DNA from: Oculina patagonica
Taxonomy: Eukaryota
Direction: 5' to 3'
Assembly: GCF_052425735.1 (NCBI RefSeq)
Contig: NC_135761.1
Coordinates: forward strand, 38,812,001-38,876,000
DNA length: 64,000 nt
Shown here: one piece after another, positions 1 to 11,857 of the stretch
How positions within the stretch are numbered: position 1 is the stretch's first letter
Layout of the letters: the number at the start of each line of letters is the position of its first letter
Translations under genes and position numbers: made by a program
The notes under the pieces: model-generated
What the model saw: the letters and a program-made list of their open reading frames with translations, nothing else
Database searches by the model: none
What the model was told of the DNA's origin: nothing

Positions 1-177
1 GGGACCATTTTTCGTTCCGTGGACGACACGACCCGTCACCCTGTCTCTCAGCGTGCTTTTGGGGACGTTGAACATACTCGCGCACTTCCGAAAAGATATA
101 TCGCCTTTCTGAAAAGTCTCTACTGCCGCCAGCATATCTTCTTCTCTCCAAGTGATGAATTTTTTGGGGCGAGGCAT
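1..177 (-). CDS. N-terminus of a pogo/Tigger-like (Tc1/mariner) transposase with psq-type HTH; runs off the left edge of the window
   Basis: Manual translation from ATG at 177: MPRPKKFITWREEDMLAAVETFQKGDISFRKCASMFNVPKSTLRDRVTGRVVHGTKNGP, matching the W..EDM..A....G.S.R.A..FNVP.STL.DR psq-HTH pattern. Open to base 1; not in the ORF track. Confidence 0.8.
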   Translation of the reverse strand, partial: MPRPKKFITWREEDMLAAVETFQKGDISFRKCASMFNVPKSTLRDRVTGRVVHGTKNGP

Positions 178-586
178 ATTTGCCTAACAAAAGCAATAAT
201 AAAAGCCTTGTTACAGGTATGTCCCCGGAAACTTAGGATGTTTTTCAATTGGCGAACGGGAGTGGGGGTGGGGTGGGATAGGAGGGCTAAAAGGTTTTAA
301 TTTTTTCGAATGGCTGATGGCCCAGAAACAACTGATTGTGGATGCTAGATTAAAGCGAGTGATGTTTTTTACCGTGGGTAGCCGTGTGTTCTTTTATTTT
401 TTTTGAAATAAAAACATGCGTTTAAAGGGACGGCGTGCGATCTGGGTAGCAGACCCAGCACCCACCCCCTATAAGCTTATATGCTGAAATAGATGGATTT
501 ATACAGGGAAGACCCACAGCAAATAATTATCTTTCATCTGAAGCAAGCTTATCGAAAGCAATAATCAGAATCGTAAACCGATTATC

Positions 587-1576
587 TTTTTTTTTTTTTT
601 TTTTTTTTCTTTTTTTTTTTTTTTAATATCTTTATTGCCATTTTAACATTGTACAAATGTTACAGTGTAAGAAAAAAAAAAGAGCAGACGTAAGTTACAA
701 TTAAGTTACGTAGTTTATAAACTGTTACAATTTACATATGAAAATAAAGGTACAGGTACATAGGAAAATAAAGTAAATGAAAAAATATAAAATAAATAAA
801 CAAGGAAATAAGCTTACATAAAGTCTTTCCACTTTAATTCGAAATTGTTAATAGTTTTATTTCTAACTGCAATATGTTGTAGAGTATCCAATCTGTTTTT
901 TAGAAAAGGAGGAAAGCCGTCAAAAGGTACATCATCGCAGTCTTGGGTCGTACAAAAGATATAATACTTAGCTACAAGTGATATGTAATTTAAAATATCT
1001 TTTGTTTGTATGGCGTTGTCATGCCAGCCGTAAAGGATATCGCGTTCTGAAAGAGTAATTGTATTTTGTTGTTTTTCGGACCACCACTTTTGAAATGCAG
1101 TCCAGAAATTAGAAATTTTTGGACATCGGTAGAGTAGATGAGGCAATGTTTGCGGCTGCGTTTTACATAAATGACAAGTTTCAGAGTCGCATAAATTCAT
1201 ACGAAAAAGCGAATACCTGGTAGGAAGTATATTATGGATGATTTTATATTGAAAGATTTGAAGCTTTGTTTCGATCGTAATTGCAAAAGGGAAGTTGTAA
1301 ACATTTTTTAGGCTTTCTTGGGAGAAACCATACCGTAGAAGTCTTTGTTCAGCAGTTGGAGGTTGGAAGTAATGATCCGTAATAGCTGCATAAACAGAAC
1401 GGGTGTTAATAATATTGCGTAAAGGGGATTCTTGCGACGCATTTTCGTTTTCAAATTGGTCTTTTGCTGCTTTGATTTCGCATCTCCAGCTTGGTGGAAT
1501 TGCGTTTATTAGACCATAATAAGTTGTGAACGGGATTTTCAGCTGAAAAGTTTGTTGAAATGTGGTATGCGATAAG
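587..1576 (-). mobile_element. 5'-truncated Tx1/L1-clade LINE with poly(A) tail and 14-bp target-site duplication
   Basis: Poly(T) 587-624 and minus-strand AATAAA at 631-636. ORF 814-1695 carries a zf-RVT-like C-terminus (FQYKIIHNILPT..CHLCK..TLPHLLYRC..FW). TSD AAACCGATTATCTT at 575-588 and 1577-1590. Confidence 0.9.
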
Positions 1577-2224
1577 AAACCGATTATCTTATTACGTAGT
1601 GATGACGATGTTAAAAGTTGCGTAACATCTAAGCTTTTTTGTGAATGAAGAAATAAAATATCCCCACCCTCCCCTCCCCCACCACCGACACACATTTCGA
1701 GCCGATTAAATTTGATTTAAGACAATTAAAAATACAAAAAGAAAACAATATACTTACTTGATATTCAAAAACAAAAAAATTCCCGCCGCAAAAAACCGTT
1801 ATACTGCACTCGCATTTTTTTTGTCAGAACAGCTGACTGTACGACATTAGATCAGAAGGCTCATTGACGCGAAGTCATTACTGGACAGCGGGGGTAACTC
1901 AAAATACGCCAATTTGCCTTCTGGGATACAAAATGGTGGAGAAAGTTTACAGTAGACGAGTTTCGTTGAAATCGGAGCGATTTTGTCGTGTTTGTGGAGC
2001 TTTTTTCGCTCGCGCACAGGATAAATTTGAAAGGTAAACAAGACGCGGACAACGGCTTTTGGTGAGAAATGTTCTTTTATTTCTTTTTCGTACCTGTAAG
2101 ACAAATTAAAGCTCGTTAGATCAACTCCTTGCAACATGTTTTCATCTCTGATCTTCGTATTTGGACGACCTTTCCTTCAATTTTCCCAGGATAGACGTTT
2201 CTTTTCGGATGTACGACATTATAT

Positions 2225-2745
2225 ACCAATACCTTATATGACAGGTGTATCGCTGTATTTGACGATGATGGCGTTAGCCCCATAGTTAAAGATGTAGCAC
2301 ACTTAAGAAGAGGATCAACCAACGCTGTAGCTGTGCACTGTGATCTTCTTCTAAGCAGACTTACTGTCAAAAAGACGTTTTCCTGAATATGCTAAATGAT
2401 GAGTTAAAGGACACAGGGTGTTACACCATTCATGCTGCAGGCGATGCTGATTCCTTGATAGCTCAGTCTGGGGTCTCAGTATCTGCCACCAGAGCAGTGA
2501 CGTTATCACAGATGACACAGCAGACATTTTAATTGCACTCTGCCACCATGGAAACAACTGCAAAAAGAAAATTTTCTTCGAACCGAGCCGAAAGGAGGTT
2601 CCCCAGAAGGCAAGGTTTGGGACATCTAGGCTACTTGTTCTGTGCTCGGGTCAAACCTCTGCAGACATCTCCCATTTTCACATGCATTCTCGAGACGTGA
2701 TACCATGCCAGGCTTGTTTGGTTTGGAAGGCTTTGGAAGCGGGCA
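2225..2745 (+). pseudogene. Frameshifted PIN/FEN1-fold nuclease-like fragment of a TE-associated PIN + tesmin/TCR CxC protein (part 1)
   Basis: Motifs across frames: GCYTIHAAGDADSLI, VITDDTADILIALCHH, LCRHLPFSHAFSRRDTMPGLFGLEG (degenerate HAxxGCDTTS..GxGK). Confidence 0.6.
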
Positions 2746-2780
2746 TCGTGGTTGCAAAAAGAAATTGAAAAAAAGCTGAA

Positions 2781-3975
2781 GTGGCTGACAAGGTGCTTGT
2801 ACAGGCATTCGCGGTCTTCTATTTCATCACCAAAGAGGAAGTTTCTAACAAGAAGGTTTTACCACTGATAGATTGTCTAACTCGATATGGAATAGAAGAT
2901 ATGAAGTATTTCACACATCCGTCAGAAAGGTGTAAACAAGACATTTTTCTGGCAATTGGCGAGGTCTTAAAAGCTCAGGTAGTCAAAGCAGTTAGAGGTG
3001 GTCGTTACTTTTCCTTGCTTTGTGATGAAGTAACAACTGGTTACTTTTGTGCAATATGTAGCTGATCTTCTGGAGAACCACGAAAGCGGGAACGCAGATG
3101 CTATTGTGAACATGGTAACCCAAGAGATCGAAAAAAACAACCTACAGTGGGAATCGTTAGCAGGGTTAGCATCTGATGGGGCTTCTGTTTTCACAGGGAA
3201 CAAGAATGGGGTTAGTGTTAAGCTGAAGCAAAGGCAAGAGGAACATATGAAGGAAGGTAGTACTGGAATTATGCAGCAGTTATGGTGTGTTTGTCATCGG
3301 TTAGCTTTGGCTTGTTCAAGTGCAAATAACTCCGTGAAATTCATGTTGGTGGTTGAAACAAATTTGCGACAGCTATGGTCTTTGTTCGAACACTCTAACA
3401 GGAAGACCGCTTTGTGTGTAAAGGTGCAGATGAACTTGACCAGTTTAAATCTAAATGAAAACACCAAAAAAGGAGTGGTTCGCAAAATCCAGAAGGCATG
3501 TCGTACAAGGTGGTTGTCATTAGGAAAAGCAGTGAAGAGCTTAAAGCAAGATTATCCAGCAGTTCTTCAACACTCAGGTTACTCGATGGTGAGCATCATG
3601 ATGCTGCAGCAAAGGGGTTATTCATGCGCTCGAACTCCTTCAAGTTCATTGGCACGATCTATATATTGAGCCAAGTCATCCCAATCCTTGACACAATGTC
3701 CAAGACCTTTCAGAAAGGATCTGTCACCTTTTCCCACATCGCACCTAATCTAGCCTATGCAAAGATGAAACTTTAAGAAGAAGCCTTGAGCCATAGAGCC
3801 ATCACTGATGCTGTCAGAGAACTTCAACCAAATGGGCGTCTTGCTGTCCAAGGGGTAGACATACGAGTGACAAACCAAGACATGGTTCAGGTTGATAATC
3901 TGCTTCATACCTATGTTGATGCCCTTGTTCAGCATCTCGATGAGCGCTTCCAAAACAGCCTTCCGCTATTCTCCC
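2781..3975 (+). pseudogene. Degenerate hAT transposase fragment (ZNF862-like)
   Basis: Motifs FSLLCDEVT, LASDGASVFTG, WCVCHRLALAC (CxxH) and CRTRWLS, spread over ORFs 2781-3065, 3049-3669, 3498-3776 and 3786-4013 with frameshifts. Confidence 0.85.
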
Positions 3976-4194
3976 ACCTGAAAAGATCATCACGTTTGTA
4001 CACGGCATTGTAGAAATAAATGAAAAGCATGTGTGTGAAACCTATATTATTACTTATATATAAGGACCGGACAAAACTCACGTGAGATCAACCGATATGG
4101 CGCAGAAGTGAAAAAAAAAAACCGCTACTATCCAGCAAATGCTCTACCGGTTTGAAAAATCCCCTTACCTGTTGTTCAGAAAACTAGTGGTGGC

Positions 4195-4545
4195 CTTGCC
4201 ACATCGACAATTTTGCAAAAAGACAGCTGAAAGCACAACCGCAGTTGAAGTGAACTCCTTGCCTCTCACATCGTCTTCAGTGAAATTCTATTACCTTTGT
4301 GTGTACTACCAGGTGCAACTTTGGACTGGAAATCAGAAGCTTCAACCGTGTGACTGGGGATGGAAAAAAAAACAGATTATTCTCTAATTCAGGTAATGAC
4401 CGACAAACAGACTGCACCAGAACCTCTCTTCCAAGGTATTTGATGTACATTGTAACCGCAAGGTGGACTGTAGCCCGCATAGATGCAGTTGTAGAAAACG
4501 TGGACTTGACTGTTCACTTGCCTGTGGAAAGTGTCGTAGAAGTGC
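4195..4545 (+). pseudogene. C-terminal part of the PIN + tesmin/TCR CxC protein (part 2)
   Basis: LPLTSSSVKFYYLCVYYQVQLW..LQPCDWGW, followed after a frameshift by HCNRKVDCSPHRCSCRKRGLDCSLACGKC (CxC cluster). Confidence 0.65.
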
Positions 4546-5341
4546 TCTAGATAGCAACTTGCTTAAATGAAAATAAGATAGTGTCAAAGGAAGCAACAGA
4601 TGAAGAAAGAATCGTTGAATTTTTTTTTTCTTTGGAGTTGTGTACACCACTATTTTTTCGTGAACTTTCCAAAATTGATTGGAAATTATTGAGCAAAACA
4701 AGCTGGACTCTAGAAACGCTATGAGGTAAGAAACGTTTTTTAGCCACAATCTGAAAACAGAACATTTCACTTTTGTTCTTTTCAAGTCGAAATTAGAGGC
4801 GAATTTGAATGAAATTGAAGTGAAATTGAAGTAGGCTTGAATGCATAAATATTTCAACTTGATTCGTTAGCTTTGTGAGAATCCTTTGGTATTCGGAGAA
4901 AAGACTATAAATAGGAAATATGGATGAAATGGTATCTTGGTTTTAAGAAGCCGCCAAAGAAAAGAATAAACTAATCTTTCACTTAAACCGATGTTGCATG
5001 CGTGAGTCTTGTAAGTTCTGTACTCTTTTTAATGCTGTATTCTAAACCCGTACGGACAACTGCAATCACACTGTGTATGACTCGTGTGTTCCAGCTCGAC
5101 ACATGATGAGCATTTTTGGCCATGCAAATGAGCAGAGATTAGCAAGTTACAACAAGACAACCCTGAAGAATTGCTCTGATATTTTGTCACATGCTCTTCA
5201 GAAAGGTCAAGCTCCAGTTGCCAGAAGCAAACAAACAGCGACCGCCTGCTTCCCGATGGCATCAAGTACTACAACAACAGTAGCTGCTGTGGATCAAATT
5301 CCTGCAGAGTGTTCTGTCCACAGAATTTTCAGCAACGGCAA

Positions 5342-5480
5342 TACCATATTTTCTCTAATACGCCCCGCCTCCAAATAAACGCAGCCCTTGATTAAGTGCC
5401 GTATTTGGGACAAAAAGTTAATAAGCACCACCCCCAATTAAGCACCGCAGTCCTGATGCGACACTTATTGGAGGAATTCA
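5342..5480. mobile_element. Degenerate Tc1/mariner-type MITE remnant
   Basis: Starts TA|CCATATTTTCTCTAATACGCCCCG with internal AATAAGCACC/TAAGCACCGC repeats. Right end is poorly defined. Confidence 0.3.
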
Positions 5481-7504
5481 GTTACACTAAAAATCAATAC
5501 AAAGCTAAACTATTAAACGGCATTGAAAATTTCTTTACATCAAAAGTGATTTTATTTTACTGCTCACCCTTAAATATGCTATTCAAAATTCTTGCAATAC
5601 GTAGTTCTGTTGTAAAGGCTGTGAAAGACTCGTCGCACTAAATATGTGGTTCTAAACTATTTAAATAGCTTTGGCTATGGCAGTTCAACTTAGAAATGCA
5701 AAGGCATAAAAGCCAAAGGTCATCACGCTCAAAACTGACTGCATTTAGTGATTTAAACTTGATTTAGTTGCTGGCAATTTCATCCCCAGAAGCCAAAAAC
5801 AAGCGGTTCTTGACCTTTAAAATTTATTCACACCAGGTGAAAGTCAAGAAGATAGAGAAGAAACAGACAAGATGGCAAGCGAGGAAACTAACAGACAAAG
5901 GAAAGAAAAAAGGACAAGCGAACAACAGCAAAAAGAAGGAAGATTCCAGAAACATAAATAACAAAGGCCCATGTCTTTAATTCACAGACTTTAATTTATC
6001 TCATGCTTGTGACAGGTTATCCATTTATCCTAATTGTTTTTGTCGTCGTAAAGTTTACTGTAACTTGAATCAGTAACAGTTTAGCTAGTTGAATGAGGTG
6101 TCAAACAACAGCTTTTATTGAACAAACAGAAAATCATTGACATGGTGACCTTTGAATGCTGAGCAGGTTTATAATTCAAGAAGCTGACTCAGCTCCTTTT
6201 GTTGGTCACTTAGATTTTGATCCTATGTTGATTGCTGGAGTGGGGGTAAAAAAGTTTAATTGATGATAAAGGGTAAGCTTAAAAAATTTATTGGGCCTAT
6301 AAGAGGAGTTGCCTTCTCCACCTCCCCCTCAAAAAGAATGACCACCCTCTACCAGTGAAACCGTAGAAGGATGTAGATCTTTAATACATTAGGAGAAATG
6401 TCATATTTTTAGGTAGTTTGGGCAGCATTTGCTCATACTCTTTTAGTAAAGTTGTGCAGTATGCTTCATTTCTTCTAAATAAAGTGCGTTTTATGCTGAT
6501 TTTGTTTATTTATTAATTTATTGCTCTCAAGCGTGACGAGTACCAGGGGTGGGATGGGGGACTCTGGTTTTTGGTGGTGTCTATGTCTCAAACATTCTCC
6601 AAATTACAAATGGAATGTAAATGAGAAGGCTAATTTGTCTTCTCACTGAAATTTTCCTGGGAAAACGGTATTTCTTGAAAGGTAAAATTCCCAAAGAGCA
6701 TTTCCAATTGGAAAGTGCGTTTACCACTTGCTTCATCCATTAGCTCAGTTCTAGACGTGCCAAGGAAATTGCAGTAAATGGAACACCCAAATCTCATTTG
6801 GGATACCCCTTCACGGTTTTTGCTTACCATTTGCCTTAACTGTGAACCAAACGGTCTTAAGTGTAAATGATAAGCAACCTACATCTGCTCTAGAAATTAC
6901 ACCCCGTTCTAGAAATATTTAATTAGGATGAATTTATATTATATATTATGTACACTTAATTATTATGTACACCAAGGAACTTAGGGCTATTTACACTGAA
7001 GATGTGAGTGCTGCCATTTCATCGGGAAGCATCACTTCTAATTTCAATAGCACAATCTGTATTCAGTGCGCTTTTTACTGCTAGGATTTTCTTCATAATG
7101 TCAACTACATGAATTATTTTAAAAGCAAACATCAAGACTATAACTCTGTCATTTTCGTTTGGCTAATCTGCTCTACTAATGGAACTGTCTGGCGACGTCA
7201 GTCCATAATTCTTGTACTTATACACTATGCCCTTCTGTAAATGTTTAAATGAACAACTGAACCTTGAAACAGAAACTGGTTTTCAGGTTCTGACTGGTAA
7301 AGACTGTGTCTGTCGAGCAGCTGGGTTGAATTTTGCCTTCAATCAGATATTTCAACATCAGTAGAGACAGTTTGCCTGTGTAATATATTACAAAGAGACA
7401 AAGAGAAATATCTCCGAAAGAGGAAAACAGTGCATTCGAAAGAACCATCAAAGCTGTTGCCATTTCTTTGGCAAAAGATGGATTCACTCTTAAGCCTGAA
7501 TTTC

Positions 7505-7725
7505 AAGCACGTCTTTTTCACTTGAGGCATTGCGCACATCTCTACGTAGTCAGTTTTGTTTACTAAACACAAAATTGCGTCTTCATCACTTGAGGCATCG
7601 CGCGTGACTCTACAGAGTCATTTTTGTTTAATAAACACAAGAGCGCGTCTTTTTCACTTGAGGCACTGCGCGGGTCTCTATAAGGTCATCTTTGTTTAAT
7701 AATACAAGAACGCTTTTTCACTTTA
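7505..7725 (+). repeat. Minisatellite, ~65-bp unit, 3-4 copies (also at 14965-15195)
   Basis: Repeated ..gcgtctttttcacttgaggca..gcgc..ctcta..gtca..tttgtttaataaacac. Confidence 0.8.
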
Positions 7726-8112
7726 GTTCGTCGATAATTAAAACTATGTAGTGAGAAATTTAAGGTAACATTTTTTTTTCATACACTCACAACACAACAG
7801 AGAAACCCGAAAGCATGAGTATCGTTTATTAGTTTTAATATTTCATGGGTAGATTTTTCTTTTGTATCGAAATAAATAACGGGATATCTTTGTTGTAGGA
7901 AAGCTCCCTAACAAGTGCGACGCCATTAATGTTCTTAGAGACTGGGAGGAGTCTTGTTGTAAAGATAACTGCATACAGTAACTTCCATTGAGTTTGCTTG
8001 TTGAAAAAAGAAAGATTTATTGCGGGAAAACGCCATGCGCACGGAAAGTGTTTCTCACAAACAGCATATCGGCATTCAGGGTAAGTTACTCAGTATTGGT
8101 ATACAAAGTCTG

Positions 8113-8140
8113 ATAGACAGACAGACAGACAGATAGACAA

Positions 8141-8171
<31 letters not shown>

Positions 8172-8172
8172 T
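8113..8172 (+). repeat. (GACA)n microsatellite
   Basis: Direct reading of the sequence. Confidence 0.95.
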
Positions 8173-8206
8173 AGATATTCCTTCCTTCCTTAGATATTCC
8201 TTCCAT

Positions 8207-8582
8207 AGTGTGAATAGTGTTTTGTGTTGTAAGCTATTAGGGACGAAGTGTCAGTAATCAAAGATGTAAAATAATAAAGAAACCGTTGTACAAATAAGCT
8301 ATGTATTTCAAGTTAGTAAGTAATTATTTAAATGTGTCTTGTTGTATTAATGTAATTAGCGTAATGTATTGTACTCTAGCGTTGTATTGTATTGTATTTT
8401 AGAAGTAGTCATAATTAGTTATCCTTATAATTACCAATTTTTTTTTCCTTTTGAAAGTGTACATCTAAAAATTACGTCTCTTGTAAATAGCCCGTTGTAA
8501 ATATGTATTTATCTTTCATCTGTAGTACCTATGTAATTAGTGTTGCGTGTAAATAAAGTTGCATAATTTTAAAAAAAAAAAG
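8207..8582 (+). mobile_element. Short poly(A)-tailed retroposed fragment (LINE 3'UTR)
   Basis: TGTA-rich sequence, AATAAA at ~8552 and A-run 8571-8582, flanked by repeated TATTCCTTCC. Absent from paralog B. Confidence 0.6.
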
Positions 8583-8900
8583 GTATTCCTTCCTTTCTAG
8601 CTTCCTTCCATGTATTTATAATGAGCGTGTTCAATTACTACCTCTCAACTTGTTATAAAATGCCGCGCCTTAGGTCTTGGACGCTGATATACTGTACTCT
8701 GGAAGAGGCCCGTCACAAAAAGAACATTTCGTGAATGGGGTGAATCTTTGCACTCAAGCCTGGTGTAAACTTGATGGCATTAGTAAATCGAGGTACGTTC
8801 CTTAAGCTTGATGGCTTTGTGGTACAATCGCCACTTATGTTTGGTACCGGTAATTAGCTAATTTTCTTTCCTTTTTCCAGTCTTGACCTTCAGTTACTTC

Positions 8901-11417
8901 AATCATTGTTTTTTTGCCCTATTAAATATTTTTACAACAGTGTAAATTAATATCTAATATATAATAAGGAGCAAGAGTTCTCAACAAACCCTTTTGGGCT
9001 TACAAGGAGAACCCCTGTTACAAATTTGTTGATAATCTCATATATCTTTACATGGCTATATTTTCGAATCATACTCTTAATCATTTTATAGAAATTCATT
9101 CATTGAGAAGATATATTTTGATTTTTTTCTTAAAAATATAAATTGATTTTGCAGTTTTAATAGTCTTGGGAAGGTTGTTCCATAGCTGACTTCCTTTATA
9201 CTTAATTGAGTGTTTGTTGCAATTTATATGAATTTTCGTTGAAGACCTTGTATGATGGCTGTGGAGATCTCTATTAAGGGTAAAAAATGAATCGAATGTT
9301 GCTGGCAGCATTTTGTTAAAGTATCGAAACATAAATAAAGCTGTTTTCTCTTCATTTATTTGGCCAAATGGAAGAATTGATAGTTTTTTAAAAATAGGAG
9401 GAGTATGGTCTTTATAGCCTGCAAATGATATTATTCTAATAAGTTTCTTTTGTAACTTTATTAATGGATCTAAACTTGATTGAAATGTATTTGCCTAAAC
9501 AATATTTCCATAATGGAAATAAGGGTAAATTAGTGCATAATAGAGCATTCTTAATATTTTCAGTGAGACATAGTGTCTTGTTTTGCAAAGAATTCCAGCT
9601 ATTTTCGATATTTTATTTTGAATATAAGCAATGTGCTGCTTCCAATTTAACTTTGAGTAATGTTTATTCCCAAGAACTTTGTAGAATTTACTTGTTTGAT
9701 TTCTTCGCCATTAATTCTTAACTTTAATGGCTCCTTGTTTTGTTTTTTTTGCCTTAAATAGAATAACTTGAGTTTTCTTGATGTTTAAAGTGAGTTTGTT
9801 TGCTTGTAGCCATTCGGTTACTTTTATAAGTTCATTGTTTAGTACCTGGTTAAGAGATTTCACATTAGTATCTAAGTAGAATACGTTTGTATCGTCTGCA
9901 AAAAGAATAAATGATAATATTTCTGAACACTTATGTATATCGTTCATATAAATTAGAAATAGTAAGGGACCTAAAACTGAGCCTTGCGGAACACCACAAG
10001 TTATCTTTTCTCTACTCGATACAGTGTTATTAAATTTTACCACTTGATTTCTGTTTGTTAGGTAATTTTTAAACCATTCGAGAGCTACTCCCCTTATCCC
10101 GCAATGCTGAAGTTTAGCAATAATAATCGAGTGGTCGACAGTATCAAATGCTTTTGATAAATCTAAAAATATCCCAGCAGTAAACTTTTTTTTACCGATT
10201 GCATCAGTCAGTTTTGTTACTAATTCTATGATTGCTGTCTCAGTGGAGTGATTTTTCCTAAATCCAAACTGTTTGCTATATAGTATGTCATGTTTTTGCA
10301 TAAAACTAATTAATATGTTGTACATATTTTTTTTCTAAAATTTTTGAGAAACATCGAAGAACAGCTACAGGTCTATAATTTGAAAATAAACATTCATCTT
10401 CGCTCTTATACACTGGTGTTATAAGCGACGTCTTTAATTTGTCAGGAATTATGCCTGTTGTAAATGATTTATTGAATATTGACACGAGAGGCTTTATTAT
10501 TAGAGGTGCTATTTGACGAATTACTTTTGGACTTAATTCGTTGATTCCCGTACTTTTTGTTGGGTCTATTTTTAATAATTCTCGCTCAACCTCATCTTCC
10601 GTTACAGGGGCAACGAAAAAACTTTCGTAGTGGTTTTAATTATTCAAAAAGGATTTAAAAATTAAGGAAGATGATGGCACTTTTTCTGCAAGTTTAGGGC
10701 CTACATTAGCAAAATATTCATTAAATTTATTGGCTACTTCATATGGATCAGTTATCTCATTTTCATTATAAGAAAATGTGCTTGGACAATTTTTATAACT
10801 TTTGTTTTTATTCATTATTTCATTTATTAAACTCCATGTTTTCTTGACATTGCCTTGTGTTTGCTCGAATTTTTCTTTATAATAACTCTTTTTGAGATTC
10901 TTATCAAATGATGAAGCTTATTTCGATATTGCTTATATTTAAGTTTATTTTCTGGTGTGGGCCGTTTTATTAATTTTTTATACAGTTTGTTTTTAGTTTT
11001 GAGAGACCTCTGAATTCCTTTTGTCAACCAAGGTTTTTGGTGTGACTTAAGAATTCCACTTGCAATTTTTTTAATTGGAAATGCCTTATTGTATAAACTA
11101 TATAGTTTATTATAAAAAATGTTATATGATTAATTTGGATCATCGTTGTCAAGTACTTCTGTCCACAAATCTTCTTTTGATAGCTCATCCATTAGGTTAT
11201 CAATGTTATTAGGTGTTATTTGCCTCATTTGAGTTACTTTTTGAGCATTATGTAGCTTAGTATTTCGTTTGATTGTAAATACAGGGAAGTGATCTGAAAT
11301 ATCTGTAATCAATATACCATTCATGTTACTATCATCTAGACTGTTTGTTAATATGTTATCGATCAGTGTTGCACTTTTATCCATTATCCTAGTTGGTTTT
11401 GTTATAAGTGGATATTA
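8901..11417 (-). mobile_element. 5'-truncated, frameshifted L2/CR1-group LINE ORF2 (end of APE endonuclease + reverse transcriptase)
   Basis: Motifs SATLIDNILTN..ISDHFPVF, QFGFRKNHST, FLDLSKAFDTVDH, GVPQGSVLGPLLFLIYMND, LFADDT. The empty site (tacttc|gaaag) is visible in paralog B at ~16037. Confidence 0.92.
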
Positions 11418-11426
11418 TTCGAAAGT

Positions 11427-11635
11427 TTAAAACAACTAAAGAATAGAGGGAGTGTAGAAAAAAAGCCAGGCCGCCAGAAAAGTTTTGCATTCCACCATTG
11501 GTTTAATCGTTTTGTAAGGAATGCTGAGCCAATGCCTAACTTGGACACAAGCCAGTTTTAAGCGAGGTCGAACGCAAAACTTTTCTGGCGGCCTGGCTTT
11601 TCTTCTACACTCCCTCTATTCTTGCGTTGTTTTAA
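11427..11635. repeat. Fold-back (inverted) duplication
   Basis: 11560-11635 is the reverse complement of 11427-11489 (and of 16045-16119 in paralog B). Confidence 0.85.
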
Positions 11636-11769
11636 TGGTTTTAATATTTTTACTCTTTTTAGGTGCCTATTATTATATTATACATATTATATTAGTATAT
11701 TAGTATACATATTTATTATATTATACATATTTACATAGATAATTATATAATTTTTTTCCCTTTTATACA

Positions 11770-11857
11770 GTTTTACGTTCACGCACACGTTTTAACAAGC
11801 GCTTGCGCTCCTAGGTGTCGCGTGGGTAAATAAAGTATTGTTGTTGTTGTTGTTGTT
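11770..11857 (+). mobile_element. SINE 3' remnant ending in (TTG)n
   Basis: ..gctcctaggtgtcgcgtgggtaaataaa + (TTG)n, resembling the 3' end of the SINE at 27341-27604 (gtgtcacgtgggtaaataaa). Confidence 0.55.

Larger units (their letters stand above)
1..1839 (-). mobile_element. Probable 5' part of the pogo-like DNA transposon: terminus near 1839 and putative 5'UTR intron 1757->184
   Basis: Minus strand reads TA|CAGTCAGCTG.. at 1841-1830, a pogo-type CAGT terminus with TA. Minus-strand GTAAGTA donor at 1757 and pyrimidine-rich TTAG acceptor at 184, 6 nt upstream of the ATG. The other TIR is outside the window. Confidence 0.45.

Noticed and set aside
19-300. 93-aa + strand ORF
   Set aside because: It is the antisense shadow of the minus-strand transposase start.
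814-1695. Intact 293-aa protein-coding gene
   Set aside because: The TSD shows it is a 5'-truncated LINE fused by chance in frame to flanking DNA.
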